A DNA stretch of 64,000 nt from a virus. The notes below the pieces were generated by a model that ran no database searches, was not told where the DNA came from, and saw only the letters and a list, made by a program, of their open reading frames with translations. This document shows positions 1 through 8,814 of the stretch, piece by piece (position 1 is the stretch's first letter; the number at the start of each line of letters is the position of its first letter). Location: positions 1 through 64,000 of IMG/VR virus record IMGVR_UViG_3300027857_000016. One strand, given 5' to 3'. The position numbers and the translations under genes are program-made.

Positions 1-205
1 GCTTGCCATGATTGGCTGGTGCTAGTGGAGTTTCATGTGCAGATAGGGAGAGAGCAACCACGCCAGTAGTAGTGATGATAGCCGCGCAGAAGGCGATGAG
101 AGTTCTCTGGATGGGTCGCCAATCTCTGTGTCGTGGAGGTGGCGGTGGAGGTGGGATGTCGTATGGGTTGTCATTGTATACCACGCTATGATTCTTCCCT
201 TCCAT
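1..205 (-). CDS. Partial membrane-anchored protein (runs off the window edge)
   Basis: Manual translation MEGKNHSVVYNDNPYDIPPPPPPPRHRDWRPIQRTLIAFCAAIITTTGVVALSLSA...; poly-Pro followed by one hydrophobic helix. Confidence 0.45.
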   Translation of the reverse strand, partial: MEGKNHSVVYNDNPYDIPPPPPPPRHRDWRPIQRTLIAFCAAIITTTGVVALSLSAHETPLAPANHGK

Positions 206-323
206 CCTCGTTTGTTCGTAATGTGAACACTACCTTCCTATCATAGCGTATGTTGTCTAGAGACTACGTGTTACTTACGCAGCGCATTGAGGAGGCAGTG
301 GGTGCTGCCTCCCCACGTCTCAA

Positions 324-1181
324 TCAGCCTTGTTGCTTTATTTGGACCATGCGTTGTGTAAGTTCCCAGAGAAGTGTTTCCATTTTCGTCAGGTTGTCGA
401 TCCCGGTGATGCCGCGAGTTGTACGCTTCTTTCCACGGTTTTTAAAATCACGGCGAGTCTGATTGCCCTCACGAAGATTTTCTTCCAACACGTTCATGAC
501 CGTAAAAGCGTCATCGGCGTAATCTTCTGGGCGATGAGGCGCGAGAAAATCTTGAGGCTTATAGAGATCAATCGCTCTTGTTTTGCCTGTCTGCTCATCC
601 TCATCCTCATCAAATCGTCCTTTCATGCCCAGCTCTGAGAGGAGGAGTTGCTCTTGCCTCGTCAGTTCAACGGATTTCATTTCCTGGACGGTCTCCATCA
701 CCTGTTCAGATTGTTTGCCCAGAGCAAGGGTACTCTCTACGACTTCGCCAACGATGGTATCGCCACCTCTATGATAGACCTTGTAGGTATTGAGGATATC
801 GCCTCGAATGAGTCCGTTGGTGCAGACGAGTCGGAAAATGCCGTCTCGTACGATGTAGCCAGAAGTTCCATCGTGTGAGTTCTCCAAAAGAATCTGATGA
901 CGTTCTGTCAACTCAACTCCCAGATGATCTCGATGGGTAAGCGTCACCAGATGTTTGGTATATTCAGCCTTCCCTTCAATTCTGGAGCCAGATTGCATGA
1001 CTTTTGTCGGCACATATCCCGTTTCTCTCTCAACCACCTCAAGGATCTGGCTGGTCGGGATATACGTATATCGCTGTGATCTCGACTCATGCTTCTGTTC
1101 CGCGAAAACTGAGGGACAATATTTCAGAATTTCCTCACTCGAAAGTCCGTTTAAATTCAGTACTGATGATGCTTGTGCCAT
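324..1181 (-). CDS. DUF932/DUF945 family protein
   Basis: Motifs PSVF..KHESRSQRYTYIPT, YTKH, ENSHDGTS, FRLVCTNGL; AGGAG RBS before ATG 1181. Confidence 0.85.
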   Translation of the reverse strand: MAQASSVLNLNGLSSEEILKYCPSVFAEQKHESRSQRYTYIPTSQILEVVERETGYVPTKVMQSGSRIEGKAEYTKHLVTLTHRDHLGVELTERHQILLENSHDGTSGYIVRDGIFRLVCTNGLIRGDILNTYKVYHRGGDTIVGEVVESTLALGKQSEQVMETVQEMKSVELTRQEQLLLSELGMKGRFDEDEDEQTGKTRAIDLYKPQDFLAPHRPEDYADDAFTVMNVLEENLREGNQTRRDFKNRGKKRTTRGITGIDNLTKMETLLWELTQRMVQIKQQG

Positions 1182-1284
1182 GATATAATCTCCTTTGAAT
1201 ACCAGGAACACAGGTTCTCAATGCTGCCCTGGTTCGTTTCACCTGCCGTCATGCTTCTGCTTGGCGGCTTTCTTTTCTACCTTT

Positions 1285-1370
1285 ATTGTAACCGACACCA
1301 GTTACAATTGTCAAGCCATTTTGAGGCAATTTCTAGGGGGTTGCAGAAATTGATTGGTATCGGTTACAAT
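1285..1370. promoter_or_regulatory. Divergent sigma70-like promoters with paired operator sites
   Basis: Palindrome ATTGTAAC-N8-GTTACAAT at 1285-1308 and related TGGTATCGGTTACAAT at 1355-1370; each overlaps a TACAAT -10 box (with TTGACA on -, TTGCAG on +). Confidence 0.7.
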
Positions 1371-1402
1371 GTGAGAAAGAGAAAACAGTAAGGAGAGGGA
1401 TT

Positions 1403-1678
1403 ATGCCTGTGCAGATTGATGGGAAAGAACTTTGGACGCCAAAGGAGGTATCCAAAGCATTTCATGTGCATGAAAGTAAACTGAGAAGGATGGCACAATT
1501 ACACCTCATTCCATCCATTTCCGTGAATAAATCCATGAGACTTTATGATTATGAGGAACTCCGCCAGATCGATGATGAGATCTGGGATCAACATGTTCGA
1601 GGGGTAAAGAAGCCACAGGGGAATCATCGCTACTATTCACGTCTTCGGCGGAAAACAGAGGAGAAGGCTGTCTCATGA
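1403..1678 (+). CDS. MerR/excisionase-like HTH DNA-binding protein
   Basis: LWTPKEVSKAFHVHESKLRRM...MRLYD pattern; AAGGAG RBS. Confidence 0.7.
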   Translation: MPVQIDGKELWTPKEVSKAFHVHESKLRRMAQLHLIPSISVNKSMRLYDYEELRQIDDEIWDQHVRGVKKPQGNHRYYSRLRRKTEEKAVS

Positions 1679-1902
1679 ACCAGGCTGAACAACTTCAAGT
1701 CACGACAACCTATCAGGAGGCGTTTTCTGAGTGGTTTGGACGTTTCTACCAAGAATGGCAGCGACAACGTGAAACATCTCTTGCAGACCCTGGAGATCCA
1801 CACGCCTTTGTGGCGCAACTGCGTGAGTACTATCAACAAGAATTGGAGCCAGAGCAGGCGTTTCTAGAGTGGAGACAATCGATGATGGAATGGGAAGGAT
1901 AG
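1675..1902 (+). CDS. Hypothetical protein
   Basis: ATGA overlap with upstream gene; RBS. Confidence 0.6.
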   Translation: MNQAEQLQVTTTYQEAFSEWFGRFYQEWQRQRETSLADPGDPHAFVAQLREYYQQELEPEQAFLEWRQSMMEWEG

Positions 1903-1912
1903 GTTATCTCTC

Positions 1913-2122
1913 TCATTGCGTCAACCCAAGCAGATGTTTGAGTGCTTGGGACGCGACCAGAATGGCTGTACTCCCGGTGAGACACTCCTCAATGACCTTT
2001 TCTGGGTTCTTCGCCTGACCGATCTGTAATGCTTGAATGGCGGCCCGTATCTGTGTAGATCGCTCCTCGATGAGGGTGAACTGCTCATTCAGGTCCTGTT
2101 GCTGTTCTTCTGTGAATTTCAC
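1913..2122 (-). CDS. Hypothetical coiled-coil protein
   Basis: GTGA overlap; AGGAG RBS. Confidence 0.6.
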   Translation of the reverse strand: MKFTEEQQQDLNEQFTLIEERSTQIRAAIQALQIGQAKNPEKVIEECLTGSTAILVASQALKHLLGLTQ

Positions 2123-2568
2123 TTCTTCTCCTGTTCTTCTAACTTCTGTGGAAACACCACCCGAAACGCGATTGAGAGAGGATCACCATCTTTCTTCCGA
2201 TCGGGTGTAACTGGACTCGGTTTAGTAGGAAACACAAAGAACCGTTGCTCTCCCTCGGTCCAGATAACCAGATCCATTTCAACACGTGAAATGGTCTTGG
2301 CAAGCGACCCCTGCATCTCCCAATACATGAGGTGTGTCTCGTGGTCACAACCTTTGAGCCACTCAGGTTCCTCTAGCTCGTTGTACTGCTTCATCACACA
2401 GACACTCCATGCTTGTCCGTCGTGCGCGTAGGAAAGATCTGCAGGAATCTCTAGAGGCTGGATATATTGGATAAACCACCGCATGGAGCGCTTCTCAAGG
2501 GAGGCGGAGCCTATCTGCTTCTTGGTGATGAGTGTCATGCTTCCCTGTCCACTACACTTTCCAGTCAA
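2119..2568 (-). CDS. Hypothetical protein (start uncertain)
   Basis: ORF within a tightly packed minus-strand run. Confidence 0.5.
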   Translation of the reverse strand: MTGKCSGQGSMTLITKKQIGSASLEKRSMRWFIQYIQPLEIPADLSYAHDGQAWSVCVMKQYNELEEPEWLKGCDHETHLMYWEMQGSLAKTISRVEMDLVIWTEGEQRFFVFPTKPSPVTPDRKKDGDPLSIAFRVVFPQKLEEQEKK

Positions 2569-3073
2569 TGCGTACCCCTGACTTCATCCACTTCATGAAC
2601 TCCTGTGGCGTCTTGCAGAGGGTTGGTGCGACCAGTCCATTCTCAGGATAGGACAGCAAGTGGAACTGGACTAGACTTGCCTGTGCTGGAAGATCAGTGA
2701 GCCACATGCGTAGATCCTGCTCGTGCTGAGTGTTCAGGAAATGTTTGAGCATCAGTAACTGATGCTCAAGGCACATATGATACACACTGTGAATAGTGAA
2801 GATGTCCTGCATCTGCTCTTTCATCGTGTTCTGCCAGATTATCTCTTCCAGTGCCTTGAGATTGACCACACCATGACTCTTCCTGATAGCCTCTTCGATG
2901 ACGTTTTTATCTTCATATTCATCGATGGCAAACTTGGCAATACGCTGGCACTTTCCCTGTCTCGCTTCGCATTTCTGAAGTGGATCAGTATTGTGTTTGA
3001 TCCAGGCAAGGATAAGTGGGAGGTCTTCAGCATCAGGAATAGGTTGTTTTGCATGGTTGCTGGTGGTCATCAC
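2552..3073 (-). CDS. Hypothetical protein
   Basis: 173 aa ORF with AGGAG RBS. Confidence 0.6.
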   Translation of the reverse strand: MMTTSNHAKQPIPDAEDLPLILAWIKHNTDPLQKCEARQGKCQRIAKFAIDEYEDKNVIEEAIRKSHGVVNLKALEEIIWQNTMKEQMQDIFTIHSVYHMCLEHQLLMLKHFLNTQHEQDLRMWLTDLPAQASLVQFHLLSYPENGLVAPTLCKTPQEFMKWMKSGVRIDWKV

Positions 3074-3167
3074 TCTCTCTCCTACATGATCTATCTTCTC
3101 TAGACGAGCGTATTATTATTCATGGTATGAGTAAAGTCAATGTCCTATTTTATTGAAGAGGTTTTTC

Positions 3168-3854
3168 ATGTATATTTTGGTAATCGATGATGACCCGTTG
3201 AACTGCGAACTCGTCAAATTTCTGTTGTTGAAAGAACGCTACGAAGTCGAAGTAGTGGACAACCCGCGTGGTGCCATTCATCTCATCGAGAAACGTCTTC
3301 CTGACCTCTTGTTGCTGGATATCCGCATGCCAGGCATGGATGGCTTTGCACTGACGGAGCACCTGGAAAAGACCGGGTACCGTATTCCCAGGGTCTATCT
3401 TACGGCTTGCTCAACTGAGGAGGACCGCCTCCGGGGCTACAAACTGGGAGCTGAAGACTATATTTGCAAGCCGTATTCTCCCGCCGAACTCCTGGAACGT
3501 GTCAAGGTCGTGGCACGCCATCAGCGAGGAGTCCGGCCAGCACAGCATCTGCGTGTTGGACCAATAGAACTGATCCCTGAAGAACTGCATCTGCTCATAG
3601 CGGGGCAATCTGGTCCTCTCCCACTCACTCCCACTGAAGCACGTTTGCTTGCTATCCTGATGAGTCATGAAGGGATCGTGGTTCAGCGTGGCGAGTTTAT
3701 TGCCACCATCTGGAATGACTCCGAAGACATGGGAAGCAACATTCTTGATGTGTTTATTAAGCGGTTACGTGGGAAATTGCGTATTCCTGGGAAGATGCTC
3801 CCTAGTATTCTGACGGTGCGTGGGGTAGGATATAAGCTGGTGAATGTGAATTAA
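3168..3854 (+). CDS. OmpR/PhoB-family response regulator (orphan)
   Basis: Receiver ILVIDDD...LLLDIRMPGMDG...LTA...DYICKPYS and winged helix LTPTE...LDVFIKRLRGKL...TVRGVGY. Confidence 0.95.
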   Translation: MYILVIDDDPLNCELVKFLLLKERYEVEVVDNPRGAIHLIEKRLPDLLLLDIRMPGMDGFALTEHLEKTGYRIPRVYLTACSTEEDRLRGYKLGAEDYICKPYSPAELLERVKVVARHQRGVRPAQHLRVGPIELIPEELHLLIAGQSGPLPLTPTEARLLAILMSHEGIVVQRGEFIATIWNDSEDMGSNILDVFIKRLRGKLRIPGKMLPSILTVRGVGYKLVNVN

Positions 3855-3875
3855 GCAGAGAGATGGAGAAGTGCT

Positions 3876-4328
3876 ATGGTTGATCTGCAACGAAAACGTG
3901 TCACGGCTTCCTTTACCTTTGAAGTGAGAGTAGATGATACCAAGATCCACTCTTCAGGCAATGACGAAGAGGTGAAGCAACTTGACCTGGCACTTCTCCG
4001 CCAGTTCTTGGAGTCTGATCCAGAACGGGTGCGAATACTCCTTGCCGACATGATCTCATTGCAGTTGGGTGGGATGTACGATGATGAGACCAGGAAGTAT
4101 CTCGTCAAAGGCGTACCCGATGGCGATACCTTTATGAAATACCTCTTTTACGATGCTATTGAGCAGCTACCAGAGCCATTTTTGACTGATTGGCGAGAGA
4201 TACGCGATGATCCTGCCATTGACCTTTCCCAATGTGTAGAAGGTATTCTGGCGTGTTTTGAAGTCACGTTGGTGAGTGGAAGCCTGGAGCAGGACTCGAA
4301 CCTGCGACCACCGCACGATGTGAGATGA
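3876..4328 (+). CDS. Hypothetical acidic protein
   Basis: GGAG RBS; follows the response regulator; 3' end overlaps the tRNA-like element in antisense. Confidence 0.65.
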   Translation: MVDLQRKRVTASFTFEVRVDDTKIHSSGNDEEVKQLDLALLRQFLESDPERVRILLADMISLQLGGMYDDETRKYLVKGVPDGDTFMKYLFYDAIEQLPEPFLTDWREIRDDPAIDLSQCVEGILACFEVTLVSGSLEQDSNLRPPHDVR

Positions 4329-4378
4329 GTCGATGACCCAGTGCTCACGGCGGTGCTCTGCCACTGAGCTACCCAGAC
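4277..4378 (-). tRNA. tRNA-like RNA with extended anticodon arm (identity unassignable)
   Basis: Acceptor GTCTGGG/TCCAGGC, U8A9, D-arm GCTC-AGTGGCA-GAGC, T-arm GCAGG-TTCGAGT-CCTGC, variable TGGTC, 3' TTCCA; 33 nt replace the 7-nt anticodon loop. Confidence 0.75.
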
Positions 4379-4647
4379 GTGTTGCTGCTTTCATCCTCAA
4401 TGTCAAACAAGCTCAGTTTCTTCCTCAGGTAATCGAGCGTAGCCTCTTCTTTTGTTCTTCCTTGCCCACGGAATGGACTGATAAATAGGTCAGTGGCAAC
4501 AAATAGTTTCTCCCATTGCCTGAATGTCAGTACCAGTTCTACATGCGTATCCCCGCACCGGAAAAGTATGTGGTCATTCCATTCATCTCGATACTCATCA
4601 TCTACTATTTCGCTCAAATAGCTTTCTCGCTGTTCTGCCTTGTTCAT
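4369..4647 (-). CDS. Hypothetical protein
   Basis: ORF in minus-strand run. Confidence 0.55.
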   Translation of the reverse strand: MNKAEQRESYLSEIVDDEYRDEWNDHILFRCGDTHVELVLTFRQWEKLFVATDLFISPFRGQGRTKEEATLDYLRKKLSLFDIEDESSNTSG

Positions 4648-4657
4648 AACGTCTTAT

Positions 4658-4873
4658 CTAAGGCTTGGTTGCTATCCATTCCAATGTGTTTATCGCTGGT
4701 TCATAGTAGGGCGATGTTTTAGGGATGAATACCTCTCTCCCTTTCAGAATAAGGAGAAGCCCTTTCCCCTTCCTGGAGGTGTAGCAGATGTCCTCTAGCG
4801 CAATACGCTCTTCTCCCAGGTCAATAGCTAGATGTTTTTCTATGACGGAATCCACTTGTTCATGTATGTCCAT
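4658..4873 (-). CDS. Hypothetical protein
   Basis: TAATG overlap; GGAAGG RBS. Confidence 0.6.
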   Translation of the reverse strand: MDIHEQVDSVIEKHLAIDLGEERIALEDICYTSRKGKGLLLILKGREVFIPKTSPYYEPAINTLEWIATKP

Positions 4874-5376
4874 TATTTACCTTCCTTTTCAATCAACCAC
4901 TCATATAATGCTCTTCCATCATCAGCATCGCCATCCTCCATCTCACCAGATGCTACCCCAGATGGGAGTACACGTACATAATCTATGCTGTCCATATCCA
5001 CAAATACCGTCAACTTCTTCTTGCCATTCCACCACTCCATGACCACCTCATCACGCTCAGTAACTGGCATCAGTGGTGGTGTCCAGACCCATTGCTGTTG
5101 CTTCACATATCTATATAACGGCAAAATCCAGGCTAGAGCCTTTGCCAGCGACCTATGGACATTCATCTCAACGTGGTAACTGACGATAGGATGCTGCCCG
5201 TCTGTACTCTCAGCAATGGTGATAACACACGGATGCATCGCACGCCACGCCTTTTCTTGTTGCTTCCTTGCTTCCTCGTAGATACGCAACGCTTCATCTA
5301 ATTCGGGATGCTGCCTGCGCAGCTCGTCCACTGCATCAAAGATGGATACGGTTGTGCCATCTAATGGTTTGTTCAT
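4873..5376 (-). CDS. Hypothetical protein
   Basis: Probable start MNKPLDG with GGAGG RBS and TGATG overlap. Confidence 0.55.
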   Translation of the reverse strand: MNKPLDGTTVSIFDAVDELRRQHPELDEALRIYEEARKQQEKAWRAMHPCVITIAESTDGQHPIVSYHVEMNVHRSLAKALAWILPLYRYVKQQQWVWTPPLMPVTERDEVVMEWWNGKKKLTVFVDMDSIDYVRVLPSGVASGEMEDGDADDGRALYEWLIEKEGK

Positions 5377-5801
5377 CAGTCCTCCAGGCAATCGATATCG
5401 ATATAGGTGTGTATGGTTACAATAGCCTCTTTCATCGCGTCTGTCCATGTAATATGAAATGCCTGTCCACACAAGCATAAGATAATGGGATATAGTTGTA
5501 TGAGTGACTGCCTGTTTTTCGAGAGCATATGGCGGCATTTAGGACAGACAATCCGTACCTCATGGATGGTCCACGACTCCACACTATCACCATGCTGAAG
5601 ATCTTGCATCGCTTCCTGCTCTTCCAGGAGGTGCCCAGGATGCAGGTCAAAGCACTTCGCCAGCAGAGTGAGGGTTCGTAGAGATGGTTGAGCACGTCCG
5701 TGTTCCAGATCAGAGAGATAGGAAACGGAGAGCGCCGTCTTTTCAGCCATCTGTGCAAGCGTCATTTTGCGCAGCTTTCGGAGTTCTCGCAGTTTCTTCA
5801 T
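5376..5801 (-). CDS. XRE-family HTH regulator with C-terminal Cys cluster
   Basis: LRELRKLRKMTLAQMAEKTALSVSYLSDLEHGRAQPSL; CPKC...CLCG. Confidence 0.85.
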   Translation of the reverse strand: MKKLRELRKLRKMTLAQMAEKTALSVSYLSDLEHGRAQPSLRTLTLLAKCFDLHPGHLLEEQEAMQDLQHGDSVESWTIHEVRIVCPKCRHMLSKNRQSLIQLYPIILCLCGQAFHITWTDAMKEAIVTIHTYIDIDCLED

Positions 5802-6048
5802 TCACTATCTTCTTTCCACACTCGTCACACGTCGCCCATATCGCCACTGTCTCGATGCCTACCAACCTGATCCACCGCTCTCTCTTGCTTTCATATGTCC
5901 AGTCATATCCTTGCCACTCCCTCGTCTGAAGAACAACATCATGGATATAGGCCGTAGGAAAAGGGTAGCATTCTGGATGGAAGACAGCAAAAGCTGAGAA
6001 CGACATGCTCAGCGTCTTGTGTGCTGTACTAATGGCTGTTTGGGTCAT
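5743..6048 (-). CDS. Hypothetical protein (CxxC)
   Basis: ORF with HPEC and CDECG motifs; start uncertain. Confidence 0.45.
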   Translation of the reverse strand: MTQTAISTAHKTLSMSFSAFAVFHPECYPFPTAYIHDVVLQTREWQGYDWTYESKRERWIRLVGIETVAIWATCDECGKKIVNEETARTPKAAQNDACTDG

Positions 6049-6565
6049 CGGGCCTCAAGATCTGAGGATCATATACATCCTTGATCCACTTACTTTTTCC
6101 TAGTCCTTCCTGCAATGGCTTTCTTTGCATAGCCCTCCCAACATAGGTACTTCGCAACTTTTTGTGATCGTCCCTGAAATAGGCAAACCAGACACTCAAT
6201 GCACCTCTTTTCCTCTTCTGATACGTAATAGTTCGGTCAGATGGGACCTTTCCGCTGTATAATATGATGGCTACTGTTTCTTCGATGTCTCTCAACTCTA
6301 TCTCTAGAGCCTCCAGAAAGAGTTGTATGCTTTCTTCAAAGATGCGTTGACGTTCTCCAAAGAACCTCGCCTCTCGTGCCATCTTCGTGGCAACTTCACG
6401 CAGATGTTTTCTCTCGATAAAATAGGACTTCAACTCTATGAGCATGGATGAGGTGCCCTTTGCCAAACTTCCAATATAGGCGTCGGGTAGATGTTCAATA
6501 CTTGTGCTAATGGCTACCTGATCCACGGCGGTGGCGTCGTCTCCTGCTCTACGAACGTTTTCCAA
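6029..6565 (-). CDS. Hypothetical protein, possibly DNA-binding
   Basis: C-terminal W.AYFR....LRSTYVG pattern. Confidence 0.5.
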   Translation of the reverse strand: MENVRRAGDDATAVDQVAISTSIEHLPDAYIGSLAKGTSSMLIELKSYFIERKHLREVATKMAREARFFGERQRIFEESIQLFLEALEIELRDIEETVAIILYSGKVPSDRTITYQKRKRGALSVWFAYFRDDHKKLRSTYVGRAMQRKPLQEGLGKSKWIKDVYDPQILRPDDPNSH

Positions 6566-6801
6566 TCCACTGGTTCCTCCCTGTACTCTGGGAGATAACT
6601 TAATCCATTGTTGAGATGGCTCTGCGCATCAGCAAGATGTCTGCTAATATCCTCCCACAAAGCCTTATCGTAGCTCTCTCCCACAAGAAGGGTGAGCAAC
6701 TTATCCATAGCGTCCTGATTGTCTTTGAGCGCCCAGAGGATACGGCGTCGAATGTGCTGCTCTTCTTCTTTGAGGCTACGCTCAGCAATAACGCTAGACA
6801 T
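6514..6801 (-). CDS. Hypothetical protein
   Basis: AGGAG RBS; overlaps neighbours. Confidence 0.55.
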   Translation of the reverse strand: MSSVIAERSLKEEEQHIRRRILWALKDNQDAMDKLLTLLVGESYDKALWEDISRHLADAQSHLNNGLSYLPEYREEPVDWKTFVEQETTPPPWIR

Positions 6802-7399
6802 CTTGTCTCCTCTCTCCTATGGTGTCATGAACGATGAAGTCCCGATGATGCTCCATCTCTCCGTATGGTGATGAAACTTTGGCTGTCACCCGATGTTTCC
6901 CTGCTTGAAAGATGATATTGCAGGTACAAGCAACACCGAGTCGCTGCTCACACTCAGAAAGAGCGTGTGATGGACTCGATCCAACGCTGAGTGAATGTTC
7001 CTCTTCTGCAAGTACCTTCCCGTCCTTTTCACGCGTTACCGTCAGAAAGAACGTGAAGCGTTTCCCCCAGTCTTCGTCACGATGTCCTTTATACTGGTCT
7101 CCAATCGCTTGGTCTATATATTCTTCCAGGTCGGCAATCCGCAAGTCAATCAACGCATTCATCTCCTTGCTCTTTGCCTCCAACCGCTGATCCACCTCCT
7201 GCCTCTGTTGGATTAGCACGAGAGAGATGATAAGCGCCAGGAGAGTGACGCAGATCCCGAAGGCACTCTCCGTGAAGACCAGCAAGTCTATGGTGTGCTC
7301 AGGGAGTCTCCCATAGTACAGGAGGCCTGCGCCAACAAAGACACCGAGGCATCCTGCAATGCTGGCGGTTAGCGCCACACTTCTTTGCTGTTGTCTCAT
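6794..7399 (-). CDS. Two-TM membrane protein with coiled coil
   Basis: Two N-terminal hydrophobic helices followed by a heptad segment. Confidence 0.65.
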   Translation of the reverse strand: MRQQQRSVALTASIAGCLGVFVGAGLLYYGRLPEHTIDLLVFTESAFGICVTLLALIISLVLIQQRQEVDQRLEAKSKEMNALIDLRIADLEEYIDQAIGDQYKGHRDEDWGKRFTFFLTVTREKDGKVLAEEEHSLSVGSSPSHALSECEQRLGVACTCNIIFQAGKHRVTAKVSSPYGEMEHHRDFIVHDTIGERRQDV

Positions 7400-7809
7400 G
7401 GCGACTCATAGCCATGTGCCAGTGTTGTCCCTGCTCCCTCGATATTGTTGATGATGACTCCATCGTCCAGGTTGATCTCGCCCTTGATGGTAAACCCGTA
7501 GATACATCCTATTCTCACTTGAGTTAGGATGATATCAATTTGATGTGTCGAAATAGGCTTGCTCAAGGTGAAGAGAATGGCTTTCTCCTCATAAGGCACT
7601 GAGAAGGGTGCAGCCATATTCCACATCAGATGCTTCTTCTCCGAGGTACTCACCGTATACCCTATCCCTTCTTCGGTGAGTGACTCTCCTATATGGTGTA
7701 TTGTGCTTTCTTCCCATGCTGGGTGAACGTACACTGTCAGCAGCGTCTTCGGCATAGATGTTCTCTTTCTAGAGTATTCACAATGTGAGCACATTATACC
7801 AGTACTCAT
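7396..7809 (-). CDS. Hypothetical protein
   Basis: ATGA overlap; probable start MPKTLL. Confidence 0.55.
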   Translation of the reverse strand: MSTGIMCSHCEYSRKRTSMPKTLLTVYVHPAWEESTIHHIGESLTEEGIGYTVSTSEKKHLMWNMAAPFSVPYEEKAILFTLSKPISTHQIDIILTQVRIGCIYGFTIKGEINLDDGVIINNIEGAGTTLAHGYESP

Positions 7810-7845
7810 CTATGTGCTACTTGCTTGTTGAGAGGACAAAGCAAA

Positions 7846-7882
7846 GGATGAGGTAATGTGTTTGTGAGACATTACCTCATCC
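7846..7882. terminator. 14-bp stem hairpin
   Basis: GGATGAGGTAATGT / ACATTACCTCATCC; T-rich tail on the minus strand. Confidence 0.6.
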
Positions 7883-7926
7883 GTATTACAAATCTTCCCC
7901 CAGGTGCCTGATGCCAGATCTTTTTG

Positions 7927-8286
7927 TTACCCATTTGTCTGTTCTCTCCCTGGATCAGGATATGCCCTCCGAGCCTCTTCTACCGCCTCCTGATGCGCCT
8001 TCTCAGCCTCCTGCCTCGTCTCAACCCTCACTTGCCCCATTAGTCTCCCATCCACAAACATCGCCGTCTCATACATACACCGCAACACAGGCGCACTGGT
8101 CCCGAAGAATTTGGTGCTGATCTCAATCAACTGATCCTGTTCCGTTCTCCATTCATCCCATGCTACTCGTATACGGTCAGCATGCGCTTCAGAAAACGCT
8201 AACCAGTCCTCTAGTCCACCAAGAGGATACGGTGTCCCTTGCGCGTCTACGCCGTAGTACTCTATACCTTGCGGATCTCCACTCAT
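7927..8286 (-). CDS. Hypothetical phage protein
   Basis: ISTKFFG...YETAMF...EAEKAH pattern; ATGA overlap. Confidence 0.65.
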   Translation of the reverse strand: MSGDPQGIEYYGVDAQGTPYPLGGLEDWLAFSEAHADRIRVAWDEWRTEQDQLIEISTKFFGTSAPVLRCMYETAMFVDGRLMGQVRVETRQEAEKAHQEAVEEARRAYPDPGREQTNG

Positions 8287-8600
8287 TCCCCTCTTTCCCT
8301 CGCTTCCATCTCTTTCTTCAAGTACTCTGCATAATTGCTATCCGATATCATGCTTACCTCCTGCACTGCTATCTTCGTTGGTTTCCCATCACTATCGCGT
8401 TCCTGCACGGTATATGCTAATGCAAACACAGCATCAGGTGGGATCTCCACGCCATCTGCCAGCGTCAACACACCGATGATATCCGTTTTATCAAACTCCC
8501 TAGTCACTTGTATTTTCATACTTCCCTCTTCTCTCTTGACCTCTGCCACTTTGTTTGCCGTCATTCTACAGTATTCACGATACGAATGGAACATCCCCAC
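8283..8600 (-). CDS. Hypothetical protein
   Basis: ORF; probable start MKIQVT. Confidence 0.55.
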   Translation of the reverse strand: MGMFHSYREYCRMTANKVAEVKREEGSMKIQVTREFDKTDIIGVLTLADGVEIPPDAVFALAYTVQERDSDGKPTKIAVQEVSMISDSNYAEYLKKEMEARERGE

Positions 8601-8814
8601 TTCTCATCTGCTTGCTCTCAGATTCTTCATAGTGCGAATGATCCGTGCTATACTGATATTACGCTCTGGTGGAGAGCGCTAGAAGAGTTTCTTCGCGGGT
8701 GTTGGTGAGGCGGTAAATACATGATGTGACAACGGACATCCTTGACGAAAGCAGTCAGGCGATGTCTTTTTTGTTGTCTGAAAAGCGTATGGTGGAGCGT
8801 GTGGAGCGGAAACA

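Noticed and set aside
3100-4378. Response-regulator moron integrated at the tRNA 3' end (att site)
   Set aside because: No duplicated tRNA 3' segment found at the other boundary and no integrase nearby.
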